A DNA stretch of 62,064 nt, counting the filler, from Dugesia japonica (lineage: Eukaryota), in assembly GCA_001938525.1 (NCBI GenBank). It is 6 parts of 6 records of this genome, joined end to end, with 100 filler letters (N's around TTAATTAATTAA, not from the genome) between each part and the next. Parts side by side here need not be neighbours in the genome. Positions count along the whole stretch, not along the records: positions 43,211 to 52,774 come from MQRL01585357.1; positions 52,875 to 62,064 come from MQRL01580126.1; 4 more parts are not named here. One strand, 5' to 3'. Below are positions 51,817-62,064 of the stretch, piece after piece. The stretch's first letter is position 1; each line of letters starts with the position of its first letter. Position numbers and translations under genes: made by a program. A model generated the notes under the pieces. It was not told the origin of the DNA and did no database searches. It worked only from the letters and a program-made list of their open reading frames with translations.

Positions 51817-53229
51817 GTAAGCTTTTATTGAGTTGATTCTTTAGTTGTCAAACTGAAAACATATTTTACTTATTATGGTAACAATTTATTTTACAGAAGT
51901 CATAAAACAATTAAATCGATTTGTTTATTTCTTTTGGTGACAAGTTCTTCGCTTTGTCGAGATTAATTTTGATATCCATTAAATTGGACGTATTTAACGT
52001 TTCCTTTGAAAATTCAAATGATTTCTAAAGAATTACAAATAGACAAATTGATTTCTGTTTTCGTCTAAGAATTGATAATTAATCTCTAAAAAATATTATA
52101 ATTATTAAAAAATAATAATTTTTTTAAATATATCTAAAGAAATTTGTTCAACGGTAGTCTTGAAATTTTGACGGATCGCTTCTCACATGGATAATTGTAT
52201 GTTGCGTGTTCTAGATTCAGCAAACCAAGCAATCTTTATATCTACACAAATAATAGAACAACAAAACATATTGAATATCCACAAGCATTGTAAAATTAAA
52301 TATATTAGAAACATATTCATTCTCTTTTCATTTCTGTTTCATTCAACCAAACTGAGTCACAGCAACGCGTGGCCGAGTATAGCTAGTTATTAATGTAAAA
52401 TATTGATTAAAATAATTTTTAATTGTTTTTGAAATGAAATTGTTTTTATAAGACTTCTGGTTTTGTCTTCTGATTTTCTGGGAAACAATGTTTATTTTTT
52501 TAAAAATATTATTTAATTCAATTTAAAGGATTTGTTCTTGCAAACAGAAAATAACCCATTAATTTTTAACATTACAAAGTATTCAATATCAAACAAACAT
52601 TTATTGATTTATAAAACCAGACGATTTCCTAACTGTATATTAGCAAAATCCAACTAAGTAATGCTTACTATTAAGTAAAACTTGATGAAAAAACGCAAGA
52701 AAAACAGCTTTTACAATGGAGAATGAATAATACGTTTCCACTAGAATGCCGTTAAAATTTGCGACTGCACCAAGNNNNNNNNNNNNNNNNNNNNNNNNNN
52801 NNNNNNNNNNNNNNNNNNTTAATTAATTAANNNNNNNNNNNNNNNNNNNNNNNNNNNNNNNNNNNNNNNNNNNNTATCTGTAATATATTTTTCACTTATA
52901 AATTCTGTTGTTTTTTAATAATTAATCTCATAACTATTAAAATCATAATTAATTAAGGTTAACCAGATTAATAAACACTCCATAAACCGGAAATTTATAA
53001 GCTAATAATAAATATGTCTGGTAAGTCGAGCAAATGTCACGGAAGATAAAACCGAACCAAAGAGATACGAGTCTGCACTCGAATTCCGAGTCAACGACTC
53101 AATCCAAATATCTGGATTTTTTGNGACATCAGATTAAATTCTTCGCGGGGTTTTACTATGCCAACCACCCTAGACTTAATTATAAAAAATCGACTCACCT
53201 AAAAAAACCCCCAACAGTACTTTAAAAAG

Positions 53230-53520
53230 AAGAGACTAAAGTTCATTATTTTGGGAAAAATAAACAAAACGAGATAATAGATCTGCTGCATCAAAATGTA
53301 AAGTCACATATTATTGACGAAATAAAAGAAATCCAATTTTTTCCAATACTTTTAGACTATACTACTGACATTAGAAAGGTAGAGGAAAGGACTCTTGTAA
53401 TCAAATAGGTTTCAATCAATAAATTTGATGCTGATGTTAAAATTAAAATTAATGCAAATTTTTATATTCTTACCAGTCGAAAGATTCACAAGAAAACAAA
53501 TGTTTGATATTATATTTGGA
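53230..53520 (+). mobile_element. hAT (Tip100/ZMYM1-like) transposase fragment
   Basis: HYFGKNKQNEIIDLL...IIDEIKEIQFFPILLDYTTDIRKVEERTLVIK*V matches the QNE...FSI.LD.T.D.S..EQ...RYV motif. Confidence 0.75.
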
Positions 53521-53538
53521 GAACCTAATGACTTGCGT

Positions 53539-54165
53539 TTAAATTTCTATTTTATTAATAGATTGATTATATTTAGAAATTATGATCGATAAATTATTTT
53601 GACGTTCAAATTCTGCAATGAGTTTCTTTAACATCTTCATCTCATCATATATTGATTCATTTAGAAAACTGTTAATTTTTTTAGGCCTCCGTCGAATATC
53701 TTTAATTAAATCGTAATTAAGCACCACGAAGATGCTATATATGAAACGTTTGTTGTCCTTATTATGAACATTAACTATAGCCTTTAATTGATTTATTACT
53801 GTAGAACTCTGAATGGATGATTGAGCAGATAGATAAATTACTGGGACATATTTCGTCAAAATAAATCGTAGCTCTAATATTCTTTCAAGCTTCTATTCAC
53901 TTCTTAGTTCTGAATATATTGAAATCTCAGCATTTGCTTTTTCTGTTATTTTATCCATAAATCATCTGAGTCTTACATAACCTTGTGTGACCACGACTAT
54001 TCTTTAATTTCTTCCTCACCATCATTCTTTTCAAATTCTACACGGATTCCAAATTGCACCATACAATGTTTGAATTTCTTGACCTCATCTTCAACCGGAT
54101 TTCTTGCATTTTCTGGAATTTGAACCGATTTTAATTCGAAATTCTTTACCTTAAATTGGAGACTG
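53539..54165 (-). pseudogene. Polinton-type pPolB N-terminal remnant
   Basis: LERILELRFILTKYVP...KAIVNVHNKDNKRFIYSIF...IAEFERQNNLSI parallels 60939-61469 (VNVQNKDKYCFIYSVL...IPKFEKLN). Confidence 0.7.
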
Positions 54166-54681
54166 ATATATGATTTATTTTAATCAAATTTGCGAATATA
54201 ATCATTGTTATACTTATTCTCTTGTTATTTCCATAATTTTCAGAAGTAATCTTCCTTTTCATGTATTCATTCATAAAATATTCATTCTAAAAATAAATAA
54301 ATTAAAACATATTAACTACTTCATTAATTTCCCTCTTCATTTGATTCATATTGTTGTTACTATTATCGCTGTTATTTTTACTAGACATTATCTAAGTGAA
54401 AAATTTTAAAAATATTAATAAATTTGAAAAATGTAACTTACTTTCTTAGTTTTCAAATTATGACGAAACACTGAATGTACTTTGTTTATATACCAAATTA
54501 TCAATACACACTTGATTTTTGAATAAATTGTTGCAATTAAACAAAATAAATATTACTAATATTATTATTATTTAAATTTTTACACGTGGAATCTGTTTAT
54601 TATTATCTTAATGTGCACGTTTAATATTAATTTTTTAATTATAATAATTATTATTAGAAACTTAAAGAGAGATATTTAAAG

Positions 54682-55119
54682 TAGAGGCGTAGCTAGGGGG
54701 GGCAGGGTGGGACAAATGTCCCTTAGCGCCAAACCAGGGGGGGCGCTAAAATGGAGTTTGAAATATTTGTATTGTATCGTTTTAATATGCTATCTAACAA
54801 GATTGAAGGTTTGTCACTCTCTTGCAATCAACTTTTTGTTATGCATTATCAATTTTATTGTGTGAATTTAATATTGCTAAACCTAGTATATAGACTACAG
54901 ATTTCGTAACCTATGACCAGAAATATACATCTTATTTGGATACAGTATTTCGTTTGTATTACTTCTTGCATGACTAATCACATGTTTCGTCTGCATCAGT
55001 TTCTTCTTTAGTCTTTACTTTAGTAGCTGTTACATTGGATGATTCTTATTTTTCAGTGGGGGTGGTGCGCAAAAAATGAATCTTGTCCCCGGGCGCCAAA
55101 CGCACTAGCTACGCCTCTG
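54682..55119. mobile_element. 438-bp non-autonomous hAT-type MITE
   Basis: TIRs TAGAGGCGTAGCTAG and CTAGCTACGCCTCTG; 8-bp TSD ATTTAAAG (54674-54681, 55120-55127). Confidence 0.92.
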
Positions 55120-56449
55120 ATTTAAAGGGAAACCATATAAAATAATATTCTTTAAAAATCAGTTAAATCTAAACCTTATTCATATAAATTATTAAATCAA
55201 TTATTAAACCTAAAATTTATTAATATAATTAAATTAAACATAACAAATTAAACACTAGTCTTAACAATTAAATCAAAACTTCAATAATGAAATGCATTAT
55301 TAAATGTAAATATTAAATAATTCAACTATTATTTCTAAAAATTGCAATATCATGAAAATTATTACACTTAATTATGAAATTAAGTTAAATTTATTACAAT
55401 AAAGTTAAAAATATTATTATTCCAAAATAATTACATTTAAAAACTAAAAATAACTAACCTGTTTTTAAATTCATTACATTATTATTTTGCATAAAATTGT
55501 CATAGTTCATAATATCAGCACTGACTTTTTGGTTTGTCATGAAATTAATTATTCATAATATGTTCATTGATTCTAACGTTTTCATTTTTCTAAAAATACC
55601 AAATAAAATTAAATCAATGAAACATCTAGAATACTTTATTGTTTTTTCTCTTCATTTGGTTCATTATCATATTAATATTCTAAAAGAAATTTGAAAATGT
55701 TTAAAACATTTTTCAGATGAAATTTACTCTCCGTTTTAAATTATAATGAAACACTAAACGTATTTTGTTTATATCTTAAATTATATTTATACCTTAAATT
55801 AAAACCCATATAAAACAATGTAAACCGATTTTAAAATCATATAAAACTTATAAAATATCCTTATAAAACCCCTATAAAACTCCTATAAAACTCCTATAAG
55901 ACTCTTAAAATTCATGAAGACCTCATAAATTCATAAACATTCATGAAACATTTGATAAAGTCCTTAAAACCTGTATAAAATCCCTAAAAAACAACGTAAA
56001 ACCCATTATAACATCATATAAAATACCATCATAAACCAATATAAAACCTCTATAAAAACCTTAGTATTCACACACACCCAATAAATCCTTTAAAATTCAT
56101 GAATAAATCTCATAAATGGATTAAATTTCACGAAAACCTTATAAATCCTTTATATTTAATATAAACCATATATAAAACCATTAAAAATGCAAATAAACAT
56201 TGAATTAANNNNNNNNNNNNNNNNNNNNNNNNNNNNNNNNNAACGTTACAAATCAGTGAATTTTCATTTACTATTACTATGATAATATTTCGAAACAATT
56301 CAACTCAAAATTAAAAACTGCCTATTGCCTAAACAACTAGTACCTAAAAACGCTTGCTTCACGGTTAAAAATGTGAGCTTCCTCACAGTAAGTAAATAGT
56401 AACGCAATGGTAACGCAATAGTAACAACACATGCTACACATAATAACAA

Positions 56450-57770
56450 CACATGATAAGATATTCATAATTGAAAAGAATTGATTAAATCTTAATATTG
56501 AACTTAATCACTTTCTATTGGCTAAAATTATTAAATAATAATTATTTCTTTATAAACTCCTTCTTAAGAAACTTCTAAGTTTTCCACATTTCTTTCTAAT
56601 CGCTGTCCATTTTCTCCTTGTAATACATACAAGTTTTCGTGAATTTTCTCAATTATTCGATGAGGTCCTTCAAATCTGTCTTTAATTTTATTTCTTGTTT
56701 CTACCTTGATGAGTTTAAAATTGCCCCCTTTGAATTATCTGTTAATAATGACGTCTGAAGTGTTTTCTTTAGTTCTATCTGAAACATCTAACTCATACAA
56801 CGTTTCTCTCATAATTTTCTTTTCAAATACGATCTTAGCTGAGCTCTTTCCAGTCGTCTTCTGCTTTTTTGCGTTCATTGTAAATTCTATTTTCGATAAA
56901 AGATCTGCTCAGTCTGTTATCTTTCTTTCCTGAAGTGCTGCATTAATTAAATTTTGAATTGTTCTGAACTGTCTTTCAATTTGTCTGTGCATTATAATGA
57001 TAGGGACTCGAAAAGCAAAGTTTAATATCTAGCTTCAGTGCAAACTCTCCAATAACTGTCTATTCAAAAGCTTTTCCACAATCTAGTTTTATCTCTCTTG
57101 CTCATTCAAATCTCAATATCCACTTTTCTAAAATAGCTCTTTGTATTGTTGAATTGTCTTGTCTAGGCAATGGTATAAGAACCAGATATTTACTGTACTG
57201 GTCAATTATTTCAATAATGTATTTTTTCGTCCTTTTGTTTCCCCCATTGGTCTACATATATCTGTGAAAATGACTTCAAACCAATTGGTTAATATTGTCA
57301 TTACTTTGGTCTTCTGACAAATTTCGCAACTACTAACTATCTTCTGTATTTGGCTCCGCAAATTCTTCACAATGTATTTGTTTCTCATATATTCGTACAC
57401 CTTTTTAGCTCCTGCGTGAAATAATAATTTATGTATTTCTTCTATTGTTTCATGTATTTTGACATACGAAATTTTTATTTTCTTGATTAAATCTGTTTCC
57501 TCAGAAAAGTTTAAATGCTCTTCTTTTTCCTTTGCATCTACGTTCAGTATTCTCGTTTTAATCTTCCCTTTCTTGGCATCTTTATGTGATATTTGACATT
57601 TTACACATACTTCAAATCTTGGTCTAGATAACATATCTGCATTACCATGTTGAATTCCTTTTCTATATTCCAAAACCATGTCTAGACTACTCAGATAATT
57701 AATCCATGTCTGGAATTCTGACGTAGTTGGTTTCTTCGTCGTCATCATAAAAGTTAGAGCTTCGTGATCC
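56450..57770 (-). mobile_element. Ty3/Gypsy RNase H-integrase remnant with PPT and LTR start
   Basis: DHEALTFM, YRKGIQHGNADMLSR, IHKLLFHAG...CEICQK, FEVIFTDIC, KDRFEGPHRI (GPY/F), PPT aagaaggag. Confidence 0.9.
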
Positions 57771-57982
57771 AGCCCCAAAGACCTGCAATCACTTCTGAAC
57801 CAAATATTCATGGGGATAAGGTCAAGTGTAATTATAAATTTCAAGCTGCTACCACCTAGTGAAACAATAACCACGAATGTGGATTGTGCTCTTTTTGGAG
57901 AGATTAAAAGATGAAATTGAAAAAAAGTGGCCAGCTTTAACAAACAGAAATGGAGTCATTATTCATTAGGATAAAGCATGGC
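57771..57982 (+). mobile_element. mariner transposase fragment
   Basis: KLLPPSETITTNVDCALLERLKDEIEKKWPALTNRNGVIIH*DKA; compare mariner ELLP.G.TI...YC.QL.RL...I..KRP.L.NRKGV.FHQDNARP. Confidence 0.85.
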
Positions 57983-60900
57983 AGTAGTAGGATAGAACCG
58001 CACAAAATCCCCCTTCCCTCTGTTTGCAAAAAGTGGTTTGAAAATTCGTAATGTAAATAGGCTGCGGCACACATTTAACTGGCCCATAATTTTTCTAATG
58101 TAAAAAGTCGACTAGCAAAATTTATGTGCGATTGCATAACTTTTGCTCGTACTTTTTGTGTTCAGTTCGATTTTTTTTGAAATTTTCAGATGTTTTCAAT
58201 TTTTGAAAAGTTTACCGATTTTTTAGGAAATTTTAAATTTTACGCGTAATTTTTCTATTTAAAAAATTAGATTGGATTAAATTTTTATTCAATTAATTTT
58301 CACCGGTTTATTTAAGAATTTTTCTCCTGTGATATTTAATATTGTATATAAGATTTTGCATAGATTCATTTAAGAATTAATTTAAATTTTTTGTATATGA
58401 ATTTTACCCGGTAGTATTTTTTCATAGATTTATTCTTGAATTTTTTCCAGTGGTATTTAATTTTTTATTCGATTGATTTTCAGCCGGTTATATTTTTACA
58501 ATTGATTTTAATTAGATTAATTTTTATTTTATTTTTGTATATAAGATTTTAACATAAGTTGTTCTTAAAAGTTTTGCCTCTGATTAAATTTAAATCTTAC
58601 CTTGGTACTATTTTAGTGTTTTGCCCCTGTTCAATTTTTAAATGTTTGACTTAGTTAATATTTTTTCCTGGTTTATAACTATTTCAATTTTCGAGTTCAT
58701 TTGTTACATTACGGTTCAATGTATGTATTTGGTATAGAATCTGATTGATTTAATTAATTTATGAATTAAGTAGGTTAACTGAATTAAGCATATAGATTGG
58801 ATATAATTAATTGTATTTGATGAAAACATTAAATTAATTAATTATGGTGAATAGTAAAATGGATACAATGTATTAGCTTTATGAGTGTATTATAGTTTGG
58901 TCTGTTTGGATTTTTAAGTGTTTTTTAGTTTAATAAGTTTATTTGACTTAGATTATAATATGCATTATGCTTGCCGTATTCGTTAGCGTTATAACTGTAT
59001 TGAATAGAGTAATCAAATAATCCTGATAAAATAAATAGGTCGAATGTATTGAATGCTTTTATATAATTACTTAAATTTGATGAATCAATACATTATATTG
59101 AATGTATTAAGTACATTGAGTATATTATAGGTTTTAATTGTATCAAATAATTGAATGTGTTAATGTTTTTTTGAATGTAACAAGTTAATATTAACAAGTT
59201 GGTTTCGAATTTTTATGTTAGATTATAATTTTTCATGTGATTTATGTAACTTTTATATTTGGGTTAATATCTTCTATGATGAATTTCAAATTTTTACATG
59301 TTAGATTACAATTTAGTGTGCCAGATTCGAATTTTTATGTTTGGATAATATTTTCTTTGTCAGATTTTGAATTTTTATGTTAGATTCGTGTGACGTAGTC
59401 TAATTTTTTTGTTAGATTCGTGTGACGTAGTCTAATTTTTTATGTTGAGATAATATTTTCTATATCAGATTTTGATATTTTTTATGTTAGATTACAATGT
59501 AGTGTTATGGATTCTAATTTTTAATTTTTACACGTTAAGCATTAATTTCTGGGTTCGATTACAATTTTAGTGTATTGGTTTTGACTTTTTATGTATTGGT
59601 TTCGATTTTTGTATGATGGACTATAATTGTATTGTATTGGCTTAAAATATTTGTATGATTGGTTAAAATTTTAAAAGTTTAATTGTAAATTTTGTGTAAT
59701 GGTTTTGAATTTTATCACGATAAGTTATATTTTAATTTATTGATTTTGAATTTTTATGAGTTGTCCTGAAATTAAAGAGTATTGGTTTCAAATTTTAACA
59801 TATTGGTTTAGATATTTGTATGATGGATTATAAATTTAATGTTATTGTTACGATTTTTATTGTGTTGACGTGAAATTTTATAGTGTTGGTTTAAAATATT
59901 TGTATTATGGATCAAAATTTTATAAGTTTGGTTTTGAATTTTTATGTATTAGTTAAGATTTATGTATGATGGGTTATAAACCAATTAATTATAATACCCA
60001 TTTTTATTGTACAAGTAGAGAACATAATACTAAATTCATGATGTTATAAAGCTATACTATGGTGTTGTTAATCAAAAGGCAAAATATTTCATATGTTCTA
60101 CATGTGACAAACTTTATCTTGGTGATTATGATAATTTTTATAATAACCAATATCATCATTTAAATTTATTTAAATCTAAAAAGAAAATTTTATTTGATAA
60201 ACTTATCAATGGCGTTGTTGTTCCTTCTAAGAAAATAAAATTAGAACCTTTGCATATTGTCATCAGTGATGATGATGATGATGAAGTTGAAATTAAAGTT
60301 GAAAGTTTAGTAGTTTCTGTTGACGAACCAAATGTTGTTTCTTCTATAAATCTTGTTGCTTCAGTTGAGGATCCAGTTATCGATCTTAATGATCCGAATG
60401 TTGATCCAATTGGTAATTCTTTGGTTATGGATGATGAAATACGAAGTTTTAAGGTGATTGATGAATGGTCTGANGATGTTCCTTTAAATAATTTTGATAA
60501 TGAAAACGGTGATGAAGACTATGTTTTAAATGAGTTTTTAGAAAAGGAAACACAGAATGGTGGTTCTCTTAGTGTTGTTTTTGACGAACCAGTTATTGAG
60601 ACTGATCCTTAAAATAATTACCAAACCGTAATATTAGACGTATCTAAATATAATATGAAAGAAATATTTTTACCTAAAACATTGTTAGAGAACTTNNNNN
60701 NNNNNNNNNNNNNNNNNNNNNNNNNNNNNNNNNNNNNNNNNNNNNNNNNNNNNNNNNNNNNNNNNNNNNNNNNNNNNNNNNNNNNNNNNNNNNNNNNNNN
60801 NNNNNNNNNTTTTTAGATGAAGGTATAAAATCTCTTAATGAAAAAATTGTAATTAGGAGCGAATTTGGAAATAGTTGGATCTTAAATAGATTACTAGAAA

Positions 60901-62064
60901 ATAATTTTAAAATAACTAAATTTTCCGATATTAGTAGGTTGTCAGGAAGTAGAGTAATCGAAACTCCTAAAAACTTGAAAAATAAACATGTAAATGTTAA
61001 CGTTCAAAATAAGGATAAATATTGTTTCATTTATAGTGTTCTTGCTATACTTAAAAAGGATGATATTCCAGATGAAAGAGATAGATATAATGTATCTCAA
61101 TATAAACCTTTCATGCATGAATTAAATTATGATGAAAAAGATATGCCTATGACATTGGAAAATATACCTAAGTTTGAAAAATTAAACAGTGTTCTTTCAA
61201 TAAATTTTTTTTCTTGGAATTCTTTTAATACTGATGATATTGATGATGACGATGTATACATGAAACATTCTAATCTAGGTATAATTCATAGGAGTAAGGC
61301 TCCAGGAACTACAAAAATTAATCTTTTATTACTTGAGAAAGGAGATAAATTTCATTACACAGCAATAATGAGTTTGAACCGTCTTATGAATTGGGATTCA
61401 AAAGGTAAAATAACGAAAATTCGCTCTATATGGTGTGAAAATTGTTTGAATGGTTTCAGGGATCAATAATCTTTAGACACTCATATTCCTCTTTGTAGTA
61501 GAATTCAAACTGGAACCACTCTATATACAATGCCATTGGATCCTGCTTTAGTGTTTAAAGATTTTTCTAAAACTCTAACAACACCTTATGTTATTTACGC
61601 TGACTTTGAGTCTATTCTAGAGATGGATGAAAAATACCTTCATAAACACTTACCTATTTCTGCTGGACTTTTACAAGTTAATAACTTCACTAATGAATTC
61701 AATTATAAACAGTTTATAGGTTTAAATTGTGTATTTGAATTNTTGAAAGCTGTTGAGGAAATAAGTAAGTCTGTTGCTAATTATTATAAACTGAATGGAA
61801 ATAAGAAAATTATAATCACCCCATCACAAGTAATTCATTTCAAAGCTTCTTAAATTTGTTATCTGTGTAAAAAGGATTTAAAAGACCCGGTTCGTGATCA
61901 TGATGATTTCTTCCATCAATTTAGACAAAGATCTATAGCTCATAATGGTCTTGAACCGCTTACTTTCTTTGGAATTCCAGATATGTCATCGGCTTCTGCC
62001 TTGATGACTTTAACTGATCCAATTCAGTTATTGACTGATAATGACATGTATACTTTCTTTGAAG
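57983..62064 (+). mobile_element. Polinton/Maverick left end (runs off the window)
   Basis: AGTAGTAG terminus at an abrupt break in the mariner sequence; about 2 kb of non-coding, minisatellite-rich subterminal DNA; then pPolB. Confidence 0.8.
60034..62064 (+). pseudogene. Protein-primed family B DNA polymerase (Polinton pPolB), disrupted
   Basis: N-terminal CSTC and acidic region; SGSRVIETPKNLKNK..VNVQNKDKYCFIYSVLA; CENCL..H...C; PYVIYADFESIL (Exo I); CYLC...VRDH; LLTDNDMYTFFE. Stops at 60610, 61467, 61851. Confidence 0.9.

Overview
AT-rich metazoan genomic DNA with short (about 37-57 nt) GT-AG introns and (TAA)n microsatellites; the look is planarian/flatworm-like, which is an inference. 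The window is six contigs joined by artificial N44-TTAATTAATTAA-N44 spacers. Host genes reconstructed by hand: the 3' 13 exons of a DmX-like/rabconnectin-3 alpha gene (minus), exons of an IQCE-like gene (minus), one PPP1R16/MYPT-75D-like ankyrin exon (minus), and a secreted/receptor-type FN3-FN3-kringle-like-FN3 gene (plus). The rest is mostly decayed mobile DNA: Ty3/Gypsy pieces, mariner remnants, a hAT element and a hAT MITE with intact TIRs and TSDs, an RLE-type non-LTR retrotransposon, and Polinton/Maverick termini with pPolB. The least explained part is 1.5-9.1 kb. It holds a co-oriented array of small, GC-richer, decayed ORFs of no family I recognise. At least two of them occur twice, in the same order, as diverged paralogues. 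Several start directly behind a splice acceptor, two needing an upstream A to complete ATG. A perfect 15-bp inverted repeat next to TAA microsatellites brackets part of the array.
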